Of a stretch of 64,000 bases of DNA, positions 37,673 through 47,850 are shown one piece after another. The notes below the pieces were generated by a model. The model saw nothing but the letters and a program-made list of their open reading frames with translations. It had not been told where the DNA came from and did not search any database. Source of the stretch: Macrostomum hystrix (lineage: Eukaryota; Animalia; Platyhelminthes); the NCBI GenBank assembly GCA_950097015.1, contig CATNEN010000007.1:7998001-8062000 (forward strand). Direction: 5' to 3'. Position numbers and translations under genes: made by a program. Positions within the stretch are counted from its first letter, which is position 1. The number at the start of each line of letters is the position of its first letter.

Positions 37673-40550
37673 ACTGGGTGTCTGTCTGTCTGTCACGCAC
37701 CTCACACCGGCCCTTACCCGCAGGACAAAGACCTGAAGCAGTGCCTGGAGGAGTGCAGCGGTCTTCTGCATGAGGGCAATGTGCGCCTCTACCTGTACCA
37801 GCTACTGCGCGGCCTCGAGTACTGCCACCGGCGCCGCTACCTTCACCGGGATCTGAAGCCGCAGAATATCCTGCTCAACCAGCGCGGCGAACTCAAACTG
37901 GCCGACTTCGGCCTCGCCAGAGCGAACTCCGTGCCGTCCAAGACCTACTCAAACGAGGTGTGCACCCTTTGGTACCGGCCAGCCGATGTGTTGCTAGGCA
38001 ACACCGAGTACAGCACACACATCGACCTGTGGGGCGTCGGCGCGATATTCTTCGAGATGATCACCGGGCGGCCAATGTTCCCCGGCTCCACGGTTGAGGA
38101 GCAACTGCAGCTCATCTTCCGCACACTGGGTTAGTCTGAATCGGTGCTGGGTGGCTGACGTACGAGCGTAATCACGACTTTATGGATTTCTACCTGATAC
38201 AGAAATCAATCAGTTTGGCCTGATATAGCAGCTAGAATCCGAACATATATTCATCCTATATTCTTCGTTCGATACCTCAATCGCTACCAATCATTTCATC
38301 TAGTATTTTTCGTTCGATACCTGAATCGATACCAATCGTTTCATCCAGTATTTTTCGCTCGATATCTCAATGGATACCAAATATTCTTGGATGCCTCAAT
38401 ATTTCTGTCTCCAGGCAGCCCAACAGAGGAGAGCTGGCCTGGCTGCGAGGCCAACCAGCAACTGCGCGGCTACAACTTCCCGCACTGGCTGGGCATGGAC
38501 CTGAAGTCGGTGGCGCCCAGGCTGAGCCCCGCAGGCCAGGACCTCATGCGGCAGCTGCTGCGCTACCAGGCCAATAGGCGCATCTCGGCTGAGAAGGCCA
38601 AGCTGCATCCGTACTTTATGCAATTCCTGCCCGCCATTCTCAACGACCTGCCGGACAGTGAGTTGAAGTGAATGATGTCATGAGTTCGAATACTGAGCAT
38701 TGGGTCTTGAGCAACCAGGTCTGAATGCTGTGGCTGGGTAGCTAGTGGGTGAGTCGGATGGGTAGCTAGTGGGTGAGTCGGGTGGGTAGCTAGTGGATGA
38801 GTCGGGTGGGTAGCTAGTGGGTGAGTCGGGTGGGTAGCTAGTGGGTGAGTCGGGTGGGTAGCTAATGGGTGAGTCGGGTGGGTAGCTAGTGGGTGAGTCG
38901 GGTGGGTAGCTAGTGGGTGAGTCGGGTGGGTAGCTAGTGGGTGAGTCGGGTGGGTAGCTAGTGGGTGAGTCGGGTGGGTAGCTAGTGGGTGAGTCGGGTG
39001 GGTAGCTAGTGGTTGAGTCGGATGGGTAGCTAGTGGGTGAGTCGGGTGGGTAGCTAGTGGGTGAGTCGGGTGGGTAGCTAGTGGGTGAGTCGGGTGGGTA
39101 GCTAGTGGGTGAGTCGGGTGGGTAGCTAGTGGGTGAGTCGGGTGGGTAGCTAGTGGGTGAGTCGGGTGGGTAGCGAGTGGGTGAGTCAGGTGGGTAGCTA
39201 GTGGGTGAGTCAGGTGGGTAGCTAGTGGGTGAGTCGGGTGGGTAGCTAGTGGGTGAGTCGGGTGGGTAGCTAGTGGATGAGTCGGGTGGGTAGCTAGTGG
39301 GTGAGTCGGGTGGGTAGCTAGTGGGTGAGTCGGGTGGGTAGCTAATGGGTGAGTCGGTGGGTAGCTAGTGGGTGAGTCGGGTGGGTAGCTAGTGGGTGAG
39401 TCGGGTGGGTAGCTAGTGGGTGAGTCGGGTGGGTAGCTAGTGGGTGAGTCGGGTGGGTAGCTAGTGGGTGAGTCGGGTGGGTAGCTAGTGGTTGAGTCGG
39501 ATGGGTAGCTAGTGGGTGAGTCGGGTGGGTAGCTAGTGGGTGAGTCGGGTGGGTAGCTAGTGGGTGAGTCGGGTGGGTAGCTAGTGGGTGAGTCGGGTGG
39601 GTAGCTAGTGGGTGAGTCGGGTGGGTAGCTAGTGGGTGAGTCGGGTGGGTAGCGAGTGGGTGAGTCAGGTGGGTAGCTAGTGGGTGAGTCAGGTGGGTAG
39701 CTAGTGGGTGAGTCGGGTGGGTAGCTAGTGGGTGAGTCGGGTGGGTAGCTAGTGGGTGAGTCGGATGGGTAGCTAGTGGGTGAGTCGGATGGGTAGCTAG
39801 TGGGTGAGTCGGGTGGGTAGCTAGTGGGTGAGTCGGGTGGGTAGCTAGTGGGTGAGTCGGGTGGGTAGCTAGTGGGTGAGTCGGGTGGGTAGCTAGTGGG
39901 TGAGTCGGGTGGGTAGCGAGTGGGTGAGTCGGGTGGGTCTAATTACACTGCTCAGATGTAGGTAGTTAACCGTTTGCTTTAAGTTTCGCCAATAACAGTG
40001 CCCACTCCACCCCTGTTTGCAGCCTCCTCAATCTTTGAGATTCCTGGCGTGTGCCTGTACGCGAACCCCGTGCCGCACTGCCGCGCCCCGCCCAGCTGCA
40101 GTGCCGTCTTGCCCGGTGAGCTCAATGGATTTCTGAATCATTGTGTCACAGTGTCAGGAACTTCAATGCTGATTTATGTTAGACCGAGGGTTCTAAGTTC
40201 TCTATGAGATGGCGGTTCAAGCCAACGATCAAACAGTCTTTCACTGGCATTTCCGTTGATCATGTCAGTACAGCTGCGGATTGCGTCATTACCAAACATA
40301 ACCATCTATTTTAAATAAATCTCACGCTACTTAAGTTTTCTAAGTTTCCTACACCGATATAAGTAGTAAAAAGAGAATTTTTTGTCGATTGTCTTGTTTT
40401 TTCGCTCTAAAGTTATCATTTGGTTGATCAAAATACTTTAAAGTGAGCGTTGCCAACGATACTACTTTGATGAGTAGTTCTCAACTGAGCATTGCCCACT
40501 CCCGTGACTTTGCGTACATAGTGTCCGAGTCAGCTGACTGCATCGCCTAG
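21011..40550 (+). CDS. PCTAIRE-family cyclin-dependent kinase (CDK16/17/18-like), ~603 aa isoform
   Basis: Exons 21011-21278, 35762-36324, 36817-36931, 37214-37308, 37724-38129, 38415-38657, 40023-40115 and 40522-40550 are all GT-AG and phase-consistent (the last, short exon is the least certain). N-terminus MKKLRRQLS (cf. CDK16 MKKIKRQLS). Further motifs: KRLSLP; [12 protein letters not shown]; GQGTYATV; [17 protein letters not shown]; HRDLKPQN; DFGLARA; [13 protein letters not shown]; LPDTSSIF. Confidence 0.93.
30188..30776 (+). CDS. Probable alternative first coding exon of the PCTAIRE kinase ([16 protein letters not shown]...WAFKS)
   Basis: 196-codon GC-rich open frame with exon-like composition. 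It ends at the phase-1 donor TCAG|GTATTT, compatible with the phase-1 acceptor at 35762. An upstream acceptor CCAG| is at 30160. Confidence 0.65.
30914..31132 (-). mobile_element. 5'-truncated non-LTR retrotransposon (RTE-like LINE 3' end) with a 12-bp target-site duplication
   Basis: TTGGGAACCCAA flanks the element at 30902-30913 and 31133-31144. The minus strand encodes [49 protein letters not shown] (31131-30982), resembling the G-x-R-x-RG-x5-(W/F)-x-D-x4-D C-terminus of RTE-clade ORF2. A short 3'UTR and an (ATTGT)n tail follow. Confidence 0.8.
35581..35662 (+). CDS. Possible third, short alternative first coding exon of the PCTAIRE kinase
   Basis: ATG at 35581, phase-1 donor CCG|GTGAGG, then a 99-nt stop-free intron to the acceptor at 35762. 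Upstream acceptor TTCCAG| at 35565. Confidence 0.35.
36384..36747. repeat. Intronic minisatellite, 33-bp unit (GTAAACACACTAGTTCCAGTCCAGGTGTCACAG), ~11 copies
   Basis: Period read directly. Lies in CDK intron 36325-36816. Confidence 0.97.
37312..37695. repeat. Compound (TGTC)n microsatellite interrupted by GTATTGGG
   Basis: Seen directly; fills most of CDK intron 37309-37723. Confidence 0.93.
38735..39937. repeat. Intronic G-rich minisatellite, 24-bp unit (GGGTAGCTAGTGGGTGAGTCGGGT), ~50 copies
   Basis: Period read directly. Lies in CDK intron 38658-40022. Confidence 0.97.
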
Positions 40551-41119
40551 GCCCGCGCTGGCCCTGGCGCCCTCAACCCCACCACTGCTCCTGCTGCGCA
40601 CACCTGTGCTTCGAACAGATATTTGTCTTTCACATCGGCGCCGCACAAGCTAATGCTTTTTTACATCTATTCATCTTCCAACAAGTATTTTACAACAGTT
40701 GGGTAAATTACTTATTGCAGATGGCTACTAAATTTATTTGCACCGTGTGTGCATTACGCTTCCGCGTCAGATACGAATGCATGCTGCCTCACTACAATAG
40801 CCATTCGAATAATAGCAGTGGATTTCCTAGCTTCTATCTGTGCGCACCGCAGTCGTATTAGAAAGTTCCGGTTGAATTCCATTCGCAGTTTCAGTTGGTT
40901 TGCTCATTCGGGTGCTGGTTTTTTGTTGCGTGTGTGCAGTTTCTTGCTATTTCGTTATACTTTGTGCGTTAGTTGGATTGCTTTAATTTAGAATTGGTTA
41001 ATTTTTGGTCCTCACACAATTCACGGGGAATGTAGTCGGGGGGGGCATTTATCATGCCTTTAATGTGAAAGCTTAGTACTGCAATGGATGCATCAGTATT
41101 GGAGAGGGGTGGTTGTATG

Positions 41120-41460
41120 CAGAGTGAGGTGGGTGTCTGCGGGGTGAGGTGGGTGCATGCAGAGTGAGGTGGGTGTATGCAGAGTGAGGTGGGTGTATGC
41201 AGAGTGAGGTGGGTGTATGCAGAGTGAGGTGGGTGTCTGCGGAGTGAGTTGAGTGTCTTTGGAGTGAGGTGGGTGTCTGTGGAGTGAGGTGGGTGTCTGT
41301 GGAGTGAGGTGGGTGTCTGTGAAGTGAGGTGGGTGTCTGTGGAGTGAGGTGGGTGTCTGGAGTGAGGTGGGTGTCTGTGGAGTGAGGTGGGTGTCTGTGG
41401 AGTGAGGTGGGTGTCTGTGGAGTGAGGTGGGTGTCTCTGAAGTGAGGTGGGTGTCTGCGA
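41120..41460. repeat. Minisatellite, ~20-bp unit (GAGTGAGGTGGGTGTCTGTG / GAGTGAGGTGGGTGTATGCA)
   Basis: Period read directly, ~17 copies. Confidence 0.93.
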
Positions 41461-42139
41461 GTCTGATAAGTGTATCATTAAACGTGGTAAAGTCTTGCCA
41501 GAAGGTCATGCCTTCCTATGTTTGGTTGGGGAAGCAAAGGGACCCCATCAGGAAGCAGACTTGTCAAACTGCCGCTCAAACTATCACTGGAAACACGGAT
41601 TGACTTAGATGCACTGCGAATCTTTTTTAATTTATTCAGCTTTTCGCAAATATTTTATGTGCCCCCTTGAAAGTTTAATTTTTATGAATACCTCGCGTTG
41701 TTTAGCTCCTTTGATTTTTGGGGAATCTTTCTTGTTCATCAGAGAATAGTCCTTCTTCACTGTTTACCTTGACTAAGAGGCTACATCTTACCAGTCTAAA
41801 CCTTTTTTGTTTCTGGCAGTAAAATTACATCGTGGCGTTAGCTGTAATGTCCAATTAATCATGCATATTTACTATACTTAGATAAATAATGCTTTCTTTG
41901 CCCTGAAAATATAACTACTTTTTTAATTGGTAAATGTAGATAGCTTCAGCTTCGCCACAGATTTTGCATGCATCAGTTGGCGATTAGCAATAAGAATTGA
42001 CGCTTAGCTCGTTGTTATCATATCGTTATGCGATTCCCTTTTTACCTATGTCCACACAGTCTTGGGTGTCAATTAGTGTCAGTTAGCTCTTGGAGATTTT
42101 TCGCCTAAATCTGTGGGTGTGGGGTGAGTGGATGGATGG

Positions 42140-42443
42140 GAGTGAGGTGGATGCATCGGAGTGAGGTGGGTGCATCGGAGTGAGGTGGATGCATCGGAGT
42201 GAGGTGGGTGAATCCGAGTGAGGTGGGTGCATTGAAGTGAGGTGGGTGCATCGGAGTGAGGTGGGTGCATCCGAGTGAGGTGGATGCATCGGAGTGAGGT
42301 GGGTGCATCGGAGTGAGGTGGGTGCATCGGAGTGAGGTGGGTGCATCGGAGTGAGGTGGATGCATCGGAGTGAGGTGGGTGCATCGGAGTGAGGTGGGTG
42401 CATCGGAGTGAGGTGGGTGCATCCGAGTGAGGTGGGTGCATCG
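42140..42443. repeat. Minisatellite, 19-bp unit (GGAGTGAGGTGGGTGCATC)
   Basis: Period read directly, ~16 copies. Confidence 0.94.
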
Positions 42444-43034
42444 GAAATTGGGTGAGAGTTTAGTTTTTAAGTAGCTTTTGGAGAAAATTTCATTATTTGT
42501 CTAGCTTTATTTGCCTGTTTCTAGCGAGGTATTTAGTCACACCAAAGGCAGCTGGCTACGTAACTGCCTTATCGCAGTCTTAAAATTGAAAAGCTGCTTC
42601 TTTGTATCGCGTTATCTTGGCCTCTCTACAATTTGATTTGCCTGTATAAGCGTAACAGTCAGACTACACATTTTTTTTAATCGAGCTTTCGCATTTTTTT
42701 AAAAATTATTTTGTATTAACAGCTTTCAATGTATGTTAATCTTTATTCTTGGACATTATTCTGGCTTATTTCAGACAAGCGTCGACAATCAATGCTGTTT
42801 TGAGGGCCGCCTGAGGTGCTCTCCTAGCAATGGTCAAGATTTAACTATCGGGATCGGCTTCCACTGGCTTTGCCTGCCACGCCTGACTGCTTTGACAAGG
42901 ATTTCGGCCACTGTTTATCTTTTTTGGCAGCACTAGTTTGCTGCCCTACTGTCTTGTAAAAATCAGATTGACACTGACCTACAGTTCTGTATCCTAAGAA
43001 GATTTTACCATACCACCTTTTTATAATTAAACCT

Positions 43035-43908
43035 TAATCGACAGAAAGCTAAGGGGTTTGAGGCTAATCAAAAGAAAGCTAAGGGGTTTGAGGCTAATCG
43101 ACAGAAAGCTAAGGGGTTTGAGGCTAATCGACAGAAAGCTAAGGGGTTTGATGCTAATCGACAGAAAGCTAAGGGGTTTGATGCTAATCGACAGAAAGCT
43201 AAGGGGTTTGAGGCTAATCGACAGAAAGCTAAGGGGTTTGATGCTAATCGACAGAAAGCTAAGGGGTTTGAGGCTAATCGACAGAAAGCTAAAGGGTTTG
43301 AGGCTAATCGACAGAAAGCTAAGGGGTTTGAGGCTAATCGACAGAAAGCTAAGGGGTTTGAGGCTAATCAAAAGAAAGCTAAGGGGTTTGAGGCTAATCG
43401 ACAGAAAGCTAAGGGGTTTGAGGCTAATCGACAGAAAGCTAAGGGGTTTGAGGCTAATCAAAAGAAAGCTAAGGGGTTTGAGGCTAATCGACAGAAAGCT
43501 AAGGGGTTTGATGCTAATCGACAGAAAGCTAAGGGGTTTGATGCTAATCGACAGAAAGCTAAGGGGTTTGAGGCTAATCGACAGAAAGCTAAGGGGTTTG
43601 AGGCTAATCGACAGAAAGCTAAGGGGTTTGAGGCTAATCGACAGAAAGCTAAGGGGTTTGATGCTAATCGACAGAAAGCTAAGGGGTTTGATGCTAATCG
43701 ACAGAAAGCTAAGGGGTTTGAGGCTAATCGACAGAAAGCTAAGGGGTTTGATGCTAATCGACAGAAAGCTAAGGGGTTTGAGGCTAATCGACAGAAAGCT
43801 AAGGGGTTTGAGGCTAATCGACAGAAAGCTAAGGGGTTTGAGGCTAATCGACAGAAAGCTAAGGGGTTTGAGGCTAATCGACAGAAAGCTAAGGGGTTTG
43901 AGGCTAAC
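43035..43908. repeat. Minisatellite, 30-bp unit (AATCGACAGAAAGCTAAGGGGTTTGAGGCT), ~29 copies
   Basis: Period read directly, two units per 60-nt line. Confidence 0.98.
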
Positions 43909-44649
43909 TGATAGAGCTAAAGCTTTGAACTTTAAGCAATGAAGGATGGGATTGTAGTAACTATACCAGCCCAGCCATGGCCACATCAGTTAATCGGGAT
44001 CCTTATTTTTCCTTATCGATTCAAGCGGAGAATCCCAATTTAAATGCTTCCGAGTTGTCTTGGCGCCTGTCGCATAGAAAAATGCAAAGCAACACTTTTT
44101 ATATATTTTAAACATCATCATTTTTCGCTGCAATTCCTTTCACTACTTTTTTCTGAATGCTACTTTTGTTAGTAGTGTGTGTGGCGAAAAACGGATCTTT
44201 TTATTTGTTTTGTGATTATTTCCTAATTCGGTCTCAATTATTTCTCTGTTAGACAATCGAATTATTGCTGTCTTTTATCCATGCCTTTGGGTCATTTCAA
44301 CTACCTGACAATGGGCTAGCTATTTCAGGTACAAAATCCCCTGGGTACTCATCAATGAATCGTGACATTTGCAGCACAGCTGAGTACAGATTTTGCGTGT
44401 CCCGAAATCATAACTGCTGAATTGCTCGTTTTAACAAGCCTCTCCTTGTAAGATTTTATACCTAATCTTTAGTTTGCCCTCGGGCGCTTCTCGATCCCAT
44501 ATCTTCTATATTCTAACTATACGATTGCTAAATGACACCTATGCTACTCATAGTAGTACGCAACTGATGGCGTAGCCAGGCCATTCACAATTTGCCCCTT
44601 CCCGTTGACCTGTTTGATAGCCACTGACCCTCTTTCTGACCTGTTCCTT

Positions 44650-44909
44650 CTGCCCGGTCCTTCAGTCCCCTCTGCCCAGTCCTTCAGTCCCCACTCTGCC
44701 CAGTCCTTCAGTCCCCTCTGCCCGGTCCTTCAGTCCCCTCTGCCCGGTCCTTCAGTCCCCTCTGCCCGGTCCTTCAGTCCCCTCTGCCCGGTCCTTCAGT
44801 CCCCTCTGCCCTGTCCTTCAGTCCCCTCTGCCCAGTCCTTCAGTCCCCTCTGCCCTGTCCTTCAGTCCCCTCTGCCCAGTCCTTCAGTCCCCTCTGCCCT
44901 GTCCTTCAG
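44650..44909. repeat. Pyrimidine-rich minisatellite, 22-bp unit (CTGCCCGGTCCTTCAGTCCCCT), ~12 copies
   Basis: Period read directly. Confidence 0.93.
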
Positions 44910-45390
44910 CAGACTGCAGGCCCCCTAAAAATAGCTGGCTACGCCATTCACTGAGCGGACAGCAAGCTGAGCAGAAATATGTTCAGAACAAAGACTTGGT
45001 TTTGCAGAGCTTCATTCCAGAGCCCAATCCGACAGGACTCTCACATGACTGTTTGAGTATCCGCATTATATGTTATTCTAATAGTACTCTCGCATATAAG
45101 TATATAGTAAAATGTATTCCGATTCTGACAAACTATAAATAGAAACTCCACACATTTGTCTATACGTTTCTGTGAACCTTTTTATTATAAATGTGGACGC
45201 ACAATAATTAGCGAGCGCACATTGTTGATGTAAATCTGATAGTGAAAATGATTGAGGCGTGCAATAGACACACACAGACAGACAGACTGGCGGCTGAGAT
45301 TACAAATCAGCACTTATCGATTGGCCGATTGTACTCGTAGCTGGCAAAGCAAATAAAAAACCATTTATATATGCCTGTTTTAATGCTAAC

Positions 45391-47337
45391 TCAACATTTG
45401 TTCCGTCTTGAGTTTTTCTTCGCTTCTCTTAGTTTTGACGCCCGCCCTGGGAGCCGGTCGCCCACCTGCAGATCCGCCACCAGCTGCTCTGGCACTGAGC
45501 GCCCGTCCCAGTCGATGAAGCGCGCCATGCTGCTGTACCAGCAGAGCCGGGCCGCCTCCAGCTGGATGATTGGAGCAGAATTCAGGGCCTGCCGGACACT
45601 CGCCTCAACTGCGGCCAGCTCCGATCTCACCTGCGGCATGTCCGCCTCTGGGATGTTTCGAAATTTGTAGGCAAAAGTGCAGTGCAGCGATTTGTAGGCC
45701 CGCGGCTCCTTTCTGTGGTTGTACAGATTTGATTTAAACTCTGGTCCGAACGACTGGGTGAAAATTACAGTCACCTGCACAGATCAAAACAGTATATTAC
45801 GGACATTTGGACCGATCAAAACAGTATATTACAGACATTTGGACAGATCAAAACAGTATATTACAGACACCTGCACAGCTCAAGACAGTATATTACAGAC
45901 ACCTGCACAGCTCAAGACAGTATATTACAGATACCTGCACAGCTCAAGACAGTATATTACAGACACCTGCACAGCTCAAAACAGAACATATTACAGACAC
46001 CTGCACAGCTCAAGACAGTATATTACAGACACCTGCACAGCTCAAAACAGAACATATTACAGACACCTGCACAGCTCAAGACAGTATATTACAGACACTT
46101 GCACAGCTCAAGACAGTATATTGCAGACACCTGCACAGCTCAAGACAGTTTATTGCAGACACCTGCACAGATCAAGATTTTTCGTATTGGCACGAAATTC
46201 GCGGACATGCCGCGCGAATTAATTGCGTCTTACCCCTTGGCAATGAGACGCCAAACCTCGGATATCAGCAGCATCTGCGACTCGTCTGTTAAATCGACAT
46301 CGATTCCGATAACCATAGTCGTGAAGAATTTGTTCATGACTACCTCGGGCTGCAGCCGCATCTGTTGCAGGCTGTCCGCCAGGTTCGGCCAGAATTTTGA
46401 TGTCTCTTTTCGAACATCATCGACCCAGTCACTCCGGGACTGCGCCTGACCGCGGCAAGCCACCCCGGCTATGGTCACGTGATAGCTGGCTGCCGGTAGG
46501 GGCGCCACGTAGCGCGACAGCGTTGGCTGGGCGTCCAGTGCCTGCTCTGCCGCCGGCTGCAGGCGTTGTCGACTCTCGATGTCTAGCGGACAGATCACAG
46601 TGACACCGGGGAAATAGCACCAGTCGCCTGCGTTGTCAACCTTCAGCGACACCGGGTGCCGCGGCTGCTCCTGCTGCATCGAGCTCCGGCTTCGGGATTC
46701 GTGCGTGCGTGCGTGCGTGCGGTGAGATTCTGTCTGATCGTGACTGGGTCAAGCTGGTTTGTGATTGGTCAGGCTGGCTGTGACTGGGTCAGGCTGGTTT
46801 GTGACTGGGTCAGGCTGGCTGTGATTGGTCAGGCTGGTTTGTGACTGGGTCAAGCTGGTTTGTGATTGGTCAGGCTGGTTTGTGATTGGTCAGGCTGGCT
46901 GTGACTGGGTCAGGCTGGTTTGTGACTGGGTCAGGCTGGTTTGTGACTGGGTCAGGCTGGCTGTGATTGGTCAGGCTGGTTTGTGACTGGGTCAGGCTGG
47001 TTTTTGATTGGTCAGGCTGGTTTGTGATTGGTCAGGCTGGCTGTGATATTGGGTCAGGCTGATTTGTGACTGGGTCAGGCTGATTTGTGATTGGGTCAGG
47101 CTGGTTTGTGACTTGGTCAGGCTGATTTGTGACTGTGTCAGGTTGGCTGTGATTAGGACAGGCTCATCATTTCAGGCTTTAGTAATTTTGCCAATCTTTC
47201 GAATTCCTTTTTGAGAAGAATTGGGTCATAAATTTGATGCTTACCTCTTGTGGCATGAGTACTGGGTTCGTGACTAAAAAAATATTTTAACAGACAGCAA
47301 ATTGCAAAATCAAGTGCCAGACTTACCGATTTCCCAT
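45391..47337 (-). CDS. 2H phosphoesterase, DUF1868-like, ~285 aa
   Basis: Minus-strand exons 47337-47327, 47273-47245, 46729-46234 and 45712-45391 are all GT-AG, with phases 2,1,2 and a total of 858 nt. Motifs: KVDNAGDWCYFPGVTVICPL (DUF1868-type N-terminus KF..dG.f..FPG.TvIc), LPAASYHVTI (first HxT), LHCTFAY (second HxT), and C-terminal LCWYSSMARF. The two small 5' exons are less certain than the two catalytic exons; an alternative ATG is at 46679. Confidence 0.8.
45773..46176. repeat. Intronic minisatellite, 32-bp unit (ACAGTATATTACAGACACCTGCACAGCTCAAG), ~12 copies
   Basis: Period read directly. Lies in the 2H-gene intron 45713-46233. Confidence 0.95.
46740..47152. repeat. Intronic minisatellite, 20/21-bp unit (TGTGA[CTGG|TTG]GTCAGGCTGG[TT|C]), ~20 copies
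   Basis: Period read directly. Lies in the predicted 2H-gene intron 46730-47244. Confidence 0.93.
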
Positions 47338-47850
47338 GATGCAGATTTGAGTGGAACAAGTGCAGGTGCAAATATGGCTAATAGCTTGGCAAAGCACCAA
47401 ATCACATCGCATGTATTTTTCGCAGATTAGATTTGTAGACTGCTACTAAAGCATTCCTGTAATCAGTGCATGCTGCCTGGCTGCCTCTCTTCTTCCGATT
47501 ACACTCGAATGTACATTGTGTGATGCGTGACATCGCTTTTCGTCTGCTTTTCTGAACTCTGGCAACAAACTTCGACCAAAGTCAGGGTACCGCGGTTCTC
47601 CCGCCTTTGTAAAGCAGTTTTTTGGCAAGTACACGGCCACCCCTCACCCTGTCACCAACTAAAAATAGCATCTGCACATGCACACGTACGCTGGTGCCAG
47701 CTGTGTGTCAGAGAACTTGCAGGAATAGGCCCGTACTTTCTGCCGATTGCAGCTGAGTACACGGAATTTCCAAGAAAACAATTCTAGAGAACTACATTAA
47801 GAGCCCCCGCGTGCATTAAAAGTCCAGGACACAACAATTCAAGTCACGAA

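Noticed and set aside
43027-43986. ORFs (SLKPLSFLSI)n and (RLIDRKLRGL)n
   Set aside because: Translations of the 30-bp minisatellite, with no splice or domain support.
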